The notes under the pieces were generated by a model that did no database searches, was not told the DNA's origin, and worked only from the letters and a program-made list of their open reading frames with translations. From Phoronis australis (taxonomy: Eukaryota; Animalia; Phoronida): a stretch of 64,000 bases of DNA. Position numbers and translations under genes: made by a program. The stretch spans positions 180,469 through 244,468 of the forward strand of contig NMRA01000057.1 of assembly GCA_002633005.1 (NCBI GenBank), given 5' to 3'. Shown one piece after another: positions 13,148 through 27,800 of this stretch (position 1 is the stretch's first letter; each line of letters opens with the position of its first letter).

Positions 13148-16100
13148 ACACAGTAGAGGCTTCAACTAGAGAATAGTTTACGTGACACGCGATTGCGCTC
13201 TCGTGTCACGCCAGCTATTAAGGCGTCCTCACGTTTGCGCAGTACATTTCTACACAAAACCAGATAAGTGCTGGTGAGTTCTTTTGTTTGTCTATTTTCT
13301 GGCGCATACGTGTATTAGCCGTTATTATTAGTTATCATTCGTTGTTTATAGAGAGTTCAATTCACAGTATTTGTATATTCATTTTGTATGTTTCAGACGG
13401 ACATTCGTCTTGCTTAATAAAGCATCGTTAGAANTGTGTTTGGAAAGCGGTTCTTGAGATAAGCCTATCATACGTTGGATGGAGCTCGATCATCTAACAC
13501 CAATCTATAAGGACTCTTTGAAAGAACACGGCTACGATCTACAGAGGCATTTGTATGGCAAGGCGCCAACTCCATCGTGGTTTTTGCCTCTCTCAGTGGC
13601 AGTTGCACCTGACGTCTCGGGGGCGTAATTAATTTTTGCAGCGACATGGTAAGCAATGTGAGAATTAGCTCGGTCATGGTTTTATGACTATGTATCGTCC
13701 TGTACAGTAGCGGATATAGGATATCACAAGGGGGCCAACATTTTGCCCGGCTGTAAGCATTTGCGCAAATCACGATTGTAGATGCGTATAGCACCGAAAA
13801 ACTGCAACTCCACAGACTCGAATTCACGACCAAGCGGACAGAGCAAGCGTGCTTTACCACCACTACACCACCACGATTTAACTACTGATCATATACTAAG
13901 AGACCTACTTGTTTTTGGTCCACAGCGTTTGCGCGCGAAAGCTACTTCTTTTTGTAGTGCTTATTACACGTTTTATGTTTTGTGCAATCGGTTCTTAACA
14001 AATTTGTTTTATTAAAATAGTCTTCAAATGCACAAAAGACCAAATCCGTTTTTCGTGTTGGCAATAATGACGGGATTGCTTTGGAAATCGTCTTAAGTTA
14101 AGGTTTGACAAAGAGAGAATTGAGTTTCTGAGTGATTCACTAAGGCTTCGATTAAAATTCACATCTTACCAGCAGCTTCTGTTTTTTCATCGTCACTCAG
14201 GTTCCATTTTCTTTAAAAAATGAAGTAAATTTTCTTCATTGCACAGTGGAGCAGACGACGGAAACGGAAACGCAGTGCGCAGCGTCACTGCCGGTCGCCT
14301 GGGATATCGCGTGAGAGCCTATAATTAGCCATCCGTGACACTTGAATTTGTATGTTACACATCGAAACAAATCATGACCTTTGATCCGAGCACAAAAATA
14401 CCCAAAGCAGTGTATCCTGGAATTCTCCATCAACAATCGCCGAAAATGTAATCGGCATCCAGGCACAACGAATCTCATGACATTCTCTACAGTTACAGCT
14501 CGTTACCACATACCTTTCTGAAAACCCAGACACGTTTTCCTTGCCAATTGAACCTGTCTATTGTATGAAGTGAAAATGTAATCAACAGTCATCAAGTCAA
14601 AGTCTTTCGGATGCCATTTAAAGTTGCTATGATTTCGGTTCATATTTCACTGGTTTTAAGAAAGCATGTGAATTTTTCTTGCTCAAAAACATAGTGAATG
14701 TTATGTTAAGTCCAGAGCTTTTGTAAATTAGGCCCGAGTTGTTTACCACTGTTTATAACCAGATAAGATCACGTGCCTCGCCAACTCTAACAATAGATCA
14801 TACACGAGGGGTATATCCTAATGCCTTTGATGTGGTGACATTCCGCGTTCCCGAGGCTCTGAGCTAAAAATCCACCAGTTCCTACAGAAATGTGTTTAAC
14901 AGTTGTAACTAACGAATTTTACTAATGAATAGACCCCGGTGTGCTGTGGATTCAATCACAAATGGTAAGAAACAATGATTCAACAACTTTTAGGTAAGTG
15001 ACCCAAGTGCGCCGTAAGTTTTGTGGTGTAAGGGTTTCGCTCCCCGGCCGGCGTGGCCAGTTTCTTGCCAATGTGACAAGAGACCTGCTCCGTGCTGGCA
15101 AGAGTTCGCTTAACACCTCCGCTAGCCCGTCTCCATCGCAGCTCTTAAGATTTCGCGTAAGCTCAATAAATTATGTACGTGAAGAATCAATCAGCATCAA
15201 TCGGGAACGAGAGACAATAGTTGTATTGGCTCGTCCATAACAAAGTGGACTAAACTAGGTATGAATAGGTTCGAAGAACACAGCTCCAAACGGCATCACA
15301 TTCCTTTTCCGAGACAAGTAGCCTACTCCATCCCACTACGTGTGCTCTGGGCTGCGTTCCGAAGACCCGAGACACCCGCGAATAAGGTTTGCGTGATTAC
15401 GTGCTTTGCTTCTAATACAAAGCGAAATCTCTCCAAAACTTGCATTTTGACAGACAAAATCCTTGCGACTATACGGTAGGCAGGCCTTGAGAGGTCGACA
15501 CAACTTCACCTCATCCCCTCCGCCCACGTAATCACGGACTTCCAGCATTGTTTGCTACTATATTTGCTGTTGTCGATTATAATAATAAAGAATGTTCACT
15601 CTCAAACGCCCCCCCCCCCTTTCTCGAGAAACAGCATCATATTGTGTAAACTAATTCTGTATCGTTTTTCGAGAAAGTTTTGCTTCCCGCTATAATAATT
15701 TTGCTTCCGGGAAATCCCTCGCCCAGTAAAAAGCATGTCTACATCCACCATACCATTGGTCAAATTTCATTGCGAACTTTTGTAGATTGACACAGAACGA
15801 CAGCACCTTCTTGAAAGATTTTCAAATCGATTCAGAAATGTGGCTTCTAAAACCCAATAAACAGAATGGTAAAAGGTATATCAAGAAATAGAATATGTTC
15901 CAAGTATAAATAACCATGTTATATTTCAACAGTATAAAATACAAATACAAGTACACACAGTATTAATAATTTTGTTCCCTATACAAAGTTCTCCAGTAAG
16001 GGAGCTAAAGAACACAGTCGGCAAGTCCAAGAACTGGCATCACAGATTGGACATTTCAATGATGCATTAGATATTTCACGATTTTTTGTAATAATAATAA

Positions 16101-17459
16101 GCCAGATATACAGGCTTACAATTAACAAACACTCCCAGTCCCATTCAATGATACCTCAACCAGGCTATGATCAGCCTCATGAAAGAGAAAGCGAAAAAAT
16201 AGTCCCAGTTGGTCAACATGAAAAACATTAAATGTTACCTTAAAACATAATGTAACAACAGACTCAAATCTCATTTTTTCATGAGTTATATATGTACTAT
16301 AGTCTATGGTTATACCAAACACAAAACTATGGGTTTTTGAGGTCTAGCTCTCCGTTTATGAATGAACAGTTAAGTGGCAATAAACTCCCCTTCCGTCACT
16401 AAAACAAGTTTGGATTTAGAACACTTACAGTTATGAAATCGGTCCAAATTGTACGATAATCAAAACGGGTGTAATTTCTAGTCTAGGAAAGAACTAAATT
16501 GGTTACATCTCAGAGCAAGCGCTACAAATTGATGTGCCACGGCCTGTCATTGTATTCACAGAGCATACTTTTGAACAATAACGAAGTGTCAAATTTCTGC
16601 AAGATCAAAAACCACTTCTCATCTGTGTAAGGATAAAGTGGAGACCAATTTTACAGCCAGTGTCAGAGGTAAACGGTCTGAATGAAAAGTTAGTTACTTG
16701 GAGGGAAGGCAGGTACATAGTAGCTTTAAGCTTGAACAGTAGAGCTGGTTATTAGAGTTATTGCACACACATCGCCCTGATTGATATCACTAATTGTCTA
16801 ATTAACCAACACAGCAATCACATAGGATAACCCCATAGGACTATGCAGTTAAAGTAGGGCAATCGATCCCATGGCCTCAGAGAAGACCCCATTAAATATA
16901 AACCAACACACACGAATACATATTTCACCAGTCCAGTAGTTAAGGGTACAGTGTGAAAACGCCACGATATATACAAAACATTTGCTACAGCCTACTGCAG
17001 CCTAGCAACAACAATACTGTGATGAGGAATGTAAATATATCATTCTGTAAACAGCCATTAATAATGCTCGACTTGATGAGTAGTTTCCAAGTCATTTACT
17101 GCTTATAGACTAAAAGTCTGGCAATTGCTAGAAACAAAAACAAATCGTATATTACCGATAGTCTAAGTCAAGTGTACAAAATTTTACCCTCAGTTACCCA
17201 CAAAAATGTGCACAACATATATTGAATTCTACCCAACTTTGGAATTCTGTGAAACCTTCAGCGGATAATAGAAACGGCAAAACATCATGGTCGGCATTGA
17301 TTTTAAGAAGCAGAAAAGTAATCTGAAACCATTTTATTTGATCGCCAAAGCAGCGGAGCATTTCTTGGAGGTTTAAGGTTTTGTGCAGAATCTTATCCAC
17401 AAGTCGTAGTATTCAGCCAAGTTTCTACTAAACCACAACTTTTAACAGTAAAAGTACAT

Positions 17460-17880
17460 ATTTTCTGAAAGCATCCAGACTGTAGAAATGAGATAAATTC
17501 ATAGCAAAACAACGATGTCAATAAATGACAAAATTTCACTAAATAACAATGCTCAAGATGAAATCTCATACAGTTCTCTCAATTATCATTTCGGTTTTGT
17601 TCTATGTAGCTTTCGACCTTTTTCATAAAAATCATGAGTCCTATTTTTGATAGCCCCTCATGCAAAAGTGAGACATTTCAAAAGCAGTTCCTAATAGCGT
17701 TTTGAAGAAGATTGCATAAAACGTAATATCTGAAAGTTTTATATGAAACCGCACAGTCATTTCCAAGATATTAAGCTGCACAGTCATTTCCAAGATATTA
17801 AGCTGCACAGTCATTTCCAAAATATTAAGCTCTCAAGTTAGCCAAATTTGTACATTTCCTAAGATCCTATGTAACCTCAA
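17460..17880 (+). mobile_element. Copy of the same TTAA-type repeat family, containing a 27 bp x3 tandem repeat (17751-17831)
   Basis: Homology to 45270-45620; GCACAGTCATTTCCAAGATATTAAGCT repeated three times. Confidence 0.55.
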
Positions 17881-18173
17881 CTTTGCATTGCTATCTGAAG
17901 GCACACAACTGCAACACAAAAACAAACCTTGTACAAACAGAAAACAATCGGGGTGTTGGTTATTAAGAATTACCTTCACGACCACCATGACTCTCAACGG
18001 GTTTGTGAATAAACATGAACCCGACTGAAACAGCCCTCGAGGTTTCTTAAATATATCAATAATTAATTCATAGCTATAATAACTGATTCTAATCTACAAA
18101 AGTACTCTCAATATCAACAACACTTCCTGAAGAATAAAACATTTAAATGAGGGAACAAAAGTCTCATTCTAGC

Positions 18174-18806
18174 CATGACCAAAAAGTTATATGATACAGA
18201 AGGCAACAGCATGCTCACTTCACACATGACCAAATAAAGTTAGGTTAGATGGTCCTGCATAGCATTTTTCAAGAAATAATAATAATTGATGTCATAGAGC
18301 TTAGTTTAAGATGTCTTGTAAATCAATGACAAATTGTCATGGGCCTCACCTTTAAAATTCAAAGCAAAAATAAGTGCAAGAATACAAAATGGACAGTTGC
18401 CCCACCTATTGGCGTCATTGCCAAGCTCAGTCAGCCTTGAGTACTTTCCGCCGTTGCACAAACCAGAGCAGCAGACTGAGAACGAAGGTNCATGACCAAA
18501 AAGTTATATGAAACAGAAGGCAACAGCATACTCACTTCACACATGACCAAATAAAGTTAGGTTAGATGGTCCTGCATAGCATTTTTCAAGAAATAATAAT
18601 AATTGATGTCATAGAGCTTAGTTTAAGATGTCTTGTAAATCAATGACAAATTGTCATGGGCCTCACCTTTAAAATTCAAAGCAAAAATAAGTGCAAGAAT
18701 ACAAAATGGACAGTTGCCCCACCTATTGGCGTCATTGCCAAGCTCAGTCAGCCTTGAGTACTTTCCGCCGTTGCACAAACCAGAGCAGCAGACTGAGAAC
18801 GAAGGT
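18174..18806. repeat. Tandem 316 bp duplication (18174-18489 / 18491-18806) flanking an N, probable assembly artefact; duplicates the 3' part of the last ATRAID exon
   Basis: Near-identical copies meet at N 18490. Confidence 0.85.
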
Positions 18807-21800
18807 TGAAGAACACAAACCAATGAGGAAGTATGTGAATGGAAATGTCCCCTAGAATGCAATCAGAAATATGGCAGACATGTGAACATTGGAATAATGC
18901 ACGGGTGCTATATGCAGTAAGTCTTTTTTGATTTGGGGGATATAAAATGGAACAACTTATAACCTTCCGACCTGAACAAGTTCTCTTCCACATTGCCACA
19001 CATTCAAAAGTCAGAGAATGAAATACCTTGGGGACCTGAAATATTGACACGAAATACTTAACAACAGCACCCCCTTTAAAAACAAATCCGACACAACACC
19101 CGAGGGGGGTAAGAGAACCCCGAGTTAATGGCACATCCTTACCATTGCGACGAGAACAAAAGAGCCATTTTGAGTTACACAATCCGTGTGGATCATGGTA
19201 TTTTGTCTCACTTTATTGCAAACAGTAAACTTCAGAACACGTCAGAAAGGTGTCAATTTTTTTCAACTGTTATCCTAGTAACTGAAACATTGGGCTCTTA
19301 AATGTTGACAGCAGCTGATGCTGTGTGATTTCACCCGTCAGTCCTCCTCTTTACATTAGGAACATAAATGCCAATTTCCACAATTATCCTTAGAGTGGTT
19401 TAGTTGACAGAGGGGCAGATAACAAAAAACAGCCTTGAAAACAATAAAGATGGCCAATAGGAGGAGAAAATACCTTGAATCAATCTAAAAACCGAAGGAC
19501 AGCATCACGTCACTACTAGATGCCTATCTGCTAAATTTTATGAAAATCCGTAGAAAACCTTTGAAGATACAGAGGTAAACATTAAAAATTGCCACTAGGG
19601 GGCACACCGGTAGTCTGATCCATCCGAAAGTCGTTGTTGTCCGTTTACAACTTCATATCAATACACTAAATTTAATAAAGATCCTGTAAAGCGTTTAGGA
19701 GATACAGCTATGGGCGCAAGCACAAGCAAAACTGCCACTAGGAGGTGCCAAAGTAGTCAAAGTCATCGAAAAATCGTCAGCTGCCCTCTTCACAGTAAGA
19801 ACATATACCCCAATTTTTACAATCATACCTAGAGCGGTTAAGCTGATACAGGGGCGGCCACCAAAAAACAGACTTAAAAAACAGTAAAAATGGCCAATAG
19901 GTGGCACAAAGTACCTCAAATCCTGGAGAATAGCATCATCTCATTAATAGATACCTAACTGTCAAATTTTATGAAAATCTGTTAAGGACCTCAGAAGATA
20001 CAGAGGTAAACGTAAAAAAACAAAATTGACACTAGGGGACACATCGGTAGTCGGAGAGGTCTGAAATTTGTTGTCATCCTTTGTCAGCTTCATAGGAACA
20101 AATTTGCCAAATCTCATCAAGACCCAGAGAGGGGTTTGGGAGATACTGCTGCAAACGCCGAACGCCCAGACAGATGACGGTAATATGCACCCGGATATGA
20201 ATATGTGGCCGTATAAAAACTACAAAACTGCTATGGAAAATATCACCAATTTCGGACAACAATAAGTGTCCTAATGGTCGTTTTTGTCATTTTCAACATT
20301 GTCATGAATGCCAACAATTTCTCAAAACAACTATGTCTAATGGTCGCCCCATTAAAGAATTTGAAAGCAGCAAAGCATTGCTTTGGCACTACTAAGTGTT
20401 AATGAAACAATGCAAAAATAAACCTTCCAATTGACCACCATATTTGCTCCATAAATTGGTGACATTTTATCTAATCACAGTGTAATATCTATAACACACG
20501 TTCCTCTGACCCGAGTAGAAAAGCGCGTACCTGACGCAGGCACTTGTAACCATGGTAACCACTCTTGCAGAGACAGTGATAAACACCCGGGCCCACCATT
20601 TCACAGTAGGACTGGTTATTAGGGCAGGTCTCTGAAAACAAATGAACCGAAGAGCTACAAATAATGCCAAGCTTATGGGATGTGAACTAACAGTCAACTA
20701 AGAACAATATTGTTCAACTGGGCCTTCTAGATTGAAAAATTGATCCTTTGGTGATGTAAGATGAGTACTACATTAGGGTACAGAATGCCATGTGAATGAT
20801 ACAAGTTGGGTGACATAAACAGTTGCTGGCCATGTATACTTTTAGCTCCATAGTGAGTAGACAGAAACAGCAGTCTGAGTAAGAAGTTATTTTAGTAATA
20901 TGCAGTGCACGCCCTTTGCAAACTTACATTCAAGTCCTAAAAATCTCTAAACATATAGGTATTGGCTTATTGTAGTGGTAAGCATAACTCAGAATAAAGC
21001 AATTCCACATTTTTAAATGCATGACTACATATTGACAGTATATTCCAAGCAACGGAATGCTTGTAGTAACTAACACAAAAGCATAAAAGGTAAGCCTTGC
21101 TCCTTTATACAATCAGAAAGTATTCATTAATAACTTGTCATATTTTGAGGATGACACAAACTGACAACCAAGTGAACAAACACCAACATCTGGGAACTGG
21201 ACAGGACAGTTCATGAATATTTTGCCAAACAGAATCCAATGAGCCAGCATCCAGACACCTGGAGGTTTAGAAAAATCACCAGTTTTGGTCCATGATGTAT
21301 CAATTTATCTTACCCACACGAGTGTTCTACTGCCGAGAAACCAGAAACTGTGATTGCAAATGTGCTAATTACTCTACTCCACAATAGCCTCAAGGCCAGA
21401 CTTACTCATAAACAGGCATCTTTATGACACATGTACAAATCTCAAGACCAAGTACAAGGTGGTGTGAAACGAGATAAGTTTTTAATGCCAAATAAACGAA
21501 GAGGTTGAAAAACTTCGGTGTATTAGAAATCAATATTTTGGAATACAATAATCGCATTAAAAAATAATGAATTTAGGTCGTGAACTAAATATGTCATTCA
21601 TAAACAGACGCCCCCTATAGGGCATCCTGATACCAAGACTCGCACAAAGGCAGGCTTGCACTGCGTGAATGTTGTTGAATTGAAACTAGAACACAGACAA
21701 CAGGTGAAACAGTCAGTAACTGAAAGACAATAGCCATTTGAACTGCCATAGCAGGCAAGTGTTTCCCCAACACACATTACAGAACTAATGCAACCCTCCC

Positions 21801-24800
21801 CCATTTACCAACCTTTACGGTTATGATGATGCTACGGAATCTGAATTGAAATGCTCTGGGAAGGCAAGGGCTGCATTTCACACACAAGACACTTGCAAGA
21901 AAAGGTAGTGTGACCATGTGCTTAGCTTGTAATGCACAGTGCTATTTTGTGAAACCATAAATGATCTTGCGTTTTCATAGTAAGGTGTTTGGTAATTTTT
22001 GTCCATCAATATCCTGTAGTGACAGACACAGGTGATTTTCGCATTCACCAGGTTTCTCAATTATTGGATAAAGCATTTTGTAACAAGTCTTAAGGTAAAT
22101 TTGCCATTTTATAAAATTGTCAAAAGTAGCTGCCAATGCAATGTTTTCATGCGTCCCCATACTGTGCAAAATCACAGAGAATAATCCTTTGTCATCGATT
22201 GTAATTCCTGAATTTGGGACAGCAAATATTGGCTACTTTTGAAATTTTGTACAAGCTCCGACCATCAGTAAGATTTTTTTACCATACTACCTTGCAATCC
22301 CCTCAACCCCATAACCCTCTCCAAACAACCCACACCACCCTTGCCAAACGAACCCCTCACCCTCTCCAAATGACCCCATCACCCTATCCAAATACAACTG
22401 TAATACACTCAACAACAGGACTCTGCGATATGTTAAGTTGCTTTACTTACGATAGTATGACACACACAAGTCTATCCGCCCAGAACACGCTATAGTGTTC
22501 CCGGATACAGTAACATTGGTCCAGGCAGGGCCTACACTGTCACTTTCACCAGGGCAATCACAATGGGTCGGCAGATACCTGCAGCATAACAGATTAGCGT
22601 CATCATTTACCAGCATTGAAACTGTTATCCATCTACCATTCACATCATTGGCATAGTTATCCACCTAGTGCCTCCAACTAAAACAATCGAATAATTCCAA
22701 GTTTCGTAGGATTTTATTGAAATTATTGCTTCAAACTTTTTAACAGGAATTCCCGATAGCCATCATATCCCAAAAAAGTCCAAGGATTTTTTGAACAAGG
22801 AGATGAATAGAAACACAAGAGTAATGCAGTGTTGATAAGCAACCACACTGGTGCTACCTACACACAGCAAAACTACATGGGGTAATAGTTATTCAATGCA
22901 CTGCACTGGGGTAGAAAACGCTGAGGAAAACCGATCAGCAGAATAGATCTCTCATGTCTGCTGTCTAACCAAAAGAGGACACCCCCATTCAGATACAGAC
23001 TAAACTTCTAGACATCTATCTATTAAGGCAATTAAATTGGCTTTTTATAATAAATATTACAGTAGATACCTGAAACAGTCGAGTGGTTCACCCATCCTAT
23101 ACTTACAGTCTGTCCAAGGCAAACAGGCCTTGAAATGCGGCTCGGCTACAGTTAGTAAGTGGATTTTTGTCTAGCACTCTGAAAAGCCAAAACCAAAAAC
23201 CTTCAATTAGAAGCTGCATCAACTACAATCGCATGTAGCTTTGCCATTGCTAACAATTCAGAAAAATAGTCCATTAGAATTCTTTAAGAACAAAAATCCG
23301 TGGAGTTGAACAGGATATGCTAATTAGCCAAGGACTGGATTGGAGTTATGAAATCAAAACATCACTTTGCGAAAGTGTCTCAGGGTAGAAACTGACAGCA
23401 CAAAACTTTGAGCTTGAATGTCGATCAGCCTCAACAGTCTTTTGCTAATAAAATATGACCAACATGTACAGTGGCTAAAAGATAAACAATTATCAACTAC
23501 CGCTTTGCCAAAAAAGGTGCGATTACCATTCACCAGTTACTGTGGTGGATTTAGGGGGGGGGGCAAGGCGACCATGGCCCCCTTTAAAATTCTTCCAGAT
23601 TCCATTTGGCGGTTCGGGGGTGCGAATGTCTGACGACAAAATCCTGACTAATACTCTGCCCTTCCCCCCCTTCCAAATTCAAAATCCTGGATCTGCCCTG
23701 AGTTAAGTAATTATACAGTAAATGCATCCAAAGGTATGTATCTGCATTCCTAAAGCCGACAAATTCAATATCAAATTTTTAGATAATAATTATTAGTCTA
23801 CTGAAATGCCATATGTTGGTGACATCACGAGAGCTATTAAGTCTGGAGAGATCTGCGTCTCAACCAGAGCTCGAACACTGGACTTCCTGCTAACCGTGCA
23901 GACGCTATAATCCTATAGATCATCACGTGATGAGACCAACGTATGGCGTGTATGAAGACTAGTAATTCTTACTTATACCATATCAACACACTGATTTATA
24001 CCAGCACAAAAATGTTTTTTAAGTTAGTAACATTCAACACCTATGATAATGATTTGTACAACACACAATCAGGCTACATCAACATCACCAGAATAATATG
24101 CTAATTTTTATTGAAAAATTAAGTGGCAACTTCAAACTAAGACAGAGCATACAATAAAAAATATCCAGTCAGTATACAAATGGCAGATTAACTGAATTTC
24201 GTAGACTCACAGTGTCTGAACTCGAGTATAATTCTTGTCCTTGAAGAGGTCATCTAGGCTGACAAGGTTACACAGTGATAAGTCCAACCTAGAAAAGATG
24301 AACACTCATTCAGAGATGCGCACTCTACCTTATTGGCAATAGGTCTCTACTAGACAAAATTGTCTGGACCAAATTAAAATCTCGAGCTCTGTTTGAAAAT
24401 CCTACGTTACTTCTGTTATGGAGTTTATGCACAATCTAACATTGCAGTGGGACAGAATTTACTCCTTTGACCCAATTAGAAAGTTATGACAGCTATTCAT
24501 TTTATGTCACACTGCCTTCTCTTCTTGCTGATGTCACATGACTGACCATTACAAAACCTTCCTGTTTGGTTTCAACTCCAGACGGAAGCAGTTTCCAAAT
24601 CAAAGTTAAATCCAGGTATCAATCTCGTCTTGTTAAGTGTTCCCAGGGTCTGCTGTCGGGCATTGTGACTCGCACGTCATTTATCTAGGTAGCATGGTTT
24701 ATAAAGTAGCTAAAACCAAATGCAACTAATTTCATCAAAAATACCAGAGAACCGAATGCTAACGCGGGTTGGCTAATTTTTATCGCATTTCTTAGGATAA

Positions 24801-27800
24801 ACAATGATCTTAACCTAACTTTTCTTAAGAATTCAATTTCAGTCAAACAGTTTAAAAAGTCGCTAGTTTTAGACCGGAACTGATCAACTTATTTTAATCA
24901 GTGTTGTCTTGGCATTTAGAGATCAGTAATGCAGTAGCTGTTGTTCCACACAAAAAGACCACACATCAGCTTTCTTGATAAAAAGGCTTTTTGACGACAG
25001 CAGTTCTTCTACAGGCCAAGCTTCTAATGCTTCCCATAAACTTCAGCAGGTTGCTGTTTAACCAAGAACACATTGAAATCTATGGCGCTTCACTGTGTTC
25101 AATTCTGTTGTTGAAGGCTCAAACCTGTTGAAAAGTAGTCATGACTTGTGGTGGTTTTGTGTATACTAGTAGATGAAAGGTAAATATAGCAGAGTGACTT
25201 TTGATAATCAGGCAAAGGTAAAATGTAATTTGCAGAAAAGCTTACAGAGTGTTGGGATGCGAGACCACCTAGACAATTACATGAGAAATTGTTACTAGCT
25301 AAATACCTACCCAATGACAGAGGTCTTGTTTAGGCAGCATCTTCCTAGAATGTGGAGCTCACCAGCTTCACATGACGTCTTGACCACACTACTGTTGGAC
25401 AACTGGGGGTTGCTGCATGACTTGAGGTGGCACAAGGTGGTCTGTCAAAACGAACAATCCATGAGCATTGATTTGCAATAAAAAGTAAACCCTCCAGAAC
25501 TTGGTGGCACTCGGGGGGGGGGGGGGGAANTCAGGGTTGCCGTCATGTACCAATTATGACACCAAAATATAGACGCCTGAGGCATGTGCAAGCACTTACT
25601 AAATGGCCACCTGCTGTACTTTCAAACAGACAACTTCAATCATAGGCAGCATCTGTAAAGCGGCTGGATCAGCAAAAAGACAATCCAATCCTAGTTCTAC
25701 AAGGCCATATCATTGCTACTGTAAATGCAACGAATCATAGGAAATCTAACAATGATAATGAGCAAGTTGGCAGAGTGACATCTGCTGTCACTCAACACTG
25801 CTATACAAAAGTAATACTAACAACTTAAAAGCAGCCAACGGTTAAACTTTTTTTTTCATTTTCATTTAATTTCATTTCTGTGACACAGAATAGTTTAAAT
25901 AAATTCAGGACTTTCAGTTACTAACCAGTTCATGTGACGTAGCCTAAGGAAAAAATCTGCAGTTTTCAGTAAATCACTACAATCCTAGTGCAGAAATAGC
26001 GGTGATACGACAAACTAGGATTTCCCCTGCCTCAAGAATTCTCTTATGAAAATGCACAAGCATTTTTATCCTGGGGTGACTGGAGGCCCAAAGATAAGTG
26101 CTATTGTCAGCTTTGTCAACTCTCGCGCATTGAGTACGAGACATTCATGCCACCCCCTCACACAAAAAGACAGGGCATCAAAATCAAAGGGAATAATTGA
26201 AACGTATTAGTATTTTGGAATTTCAATCAATTCATCTGTCCACCAACCTTGCCACTTTACTGATAACCAACAACTTCCATGACAGAGCAAAACAAGTTGC
26301 TCTTTCCAGCTGGAGATACGTTTTAGTTACCGAAACACAAACACAAATTACGTCTGCCTCAACTGTCAGTCTCACTCAAAATTTAAAAAAAACAACATCC
26401 AAGTTGGCATCCCTGTGCTTAGCCAACAAAGTATAGTTGTGTAAGAATCAGTGTCAACATGTAGCATGCATGACCATACAAAAGTTTTTGCAACATTTTT
26501 AATTGTAAAATGTGTTGTTGACGGGGTGAAAGACTCTTATTCGGTAATACTGGATTTGGACTACCACCCATTTAAAATACACATGAGATTTGTAACTGAT
26601 GGAGAGTATTGTAGCCCCTAGACAGCCAGCCATGGTCAAGGACTACGCGTTGCTAGACAGTGACCACCGTCTCAACCAGCCTTCAACACAGTGATGTTTG
26701 CTTCAATGTTCATATGCCACAAGCTTTTTGGTGAATTAGGCCTCACATTAATTTAAACATCAAAGTCACATTGATATAAGTACCTTTTGCGCATAGAAGG
26801 ACACAATAGGAGGCTGTTGATGTGTTTAATTCCTTCCAATCCGAACAAATACTCCCATAATTAAACTTTTTCTTAGAGCAGTCCTTTATTTAGTTGCCCA
26901 AAATGGCAACTGGACATTTTTAACACTACGTGCGCTTCTAGTTTTACCGTGCCCACAAGGTGATATGACAACAAATTCCCTGGCATGCGCAGTATAAAAA
27001 TGTCCAGATGCCAATTGGGCAACTGAACAAAGGACTGCGTGAGTATTTTTTAAAGTTAGAAGGAATTAAAGACATCCACGGCCTAAGCCTAAGGTGTCCC
27101 TCTATGTGCAAAAAGTACTTATAACAAAGTGACTTTGATGTTTTAATCAATATGGGGCATAATTCGCCGAAAACGTTCTGGCATAAGAAGCGCCTATAGG
27201 AGCTTCACCATCTCAACTACCAGCTATAGACGGTGGTCACTGTCTACAGTTCAGTTAAGCAATGACCATCACCTCTTTTAGCCCGACCAGAGACCATGCA
27301 GCTCCTATAGGCGCTCCATACGCCGGAAACTTTTCAGCGAATTATGCCTCGCACCGACTAAAACATCAAAGTCACGTTGTTATAAATACCTTTTGCGCAT
27401 AAAGGAACACCTTAAGAGGTTGTCGATGTGTTTAATTCCTTCCAACTCGAACAAATACTCCTGTTATCAAACTTTTTCTTCGAGCAGTCCCTGTTTCAGT
27501 TCCCAAAATCGTGAACTCACCATTTTTATACTGCGCATGCTCCAATTTTTACCGCGCTCGCTAGGTGATGTGACTTCATGACCTCAATCTTTAAATAGGC
27601 AAAAGGTGAGCCATTGCGGTCTTGTCGGTCAAATGTTCGTTTCCAAAATGCAACCACTACTTGTCTTTAATTGGCGTTACTTGAAACTGATTGTATTTCA
27701 ATGAATTATTGTTTGTATTTGATAAAAATAAATGCTGTTGAAAGATAAACATTCGTCATTTCGTTTCATCCTTTATTGAAAGAATGATGGAGACCTAGAA

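Noticed and set aside
18427-18489. Apparent second terminal exon or paralogue of ATRAID
   Set aside because: Truncated at the N, lacks an acceptor and matches 18744-18806; assembly duplication.
21598-21804. Cys-rich ORF as a possible alternative ATRAID exon
   Set aside because: Its open frame is not phase-compatible with exon 5; the true EGF exon is 20631-20531.
25513-25530. Poly-G run as a G-quadruplex element
   Set aside because: It abuts an N gap, so its length and context are unreliable.
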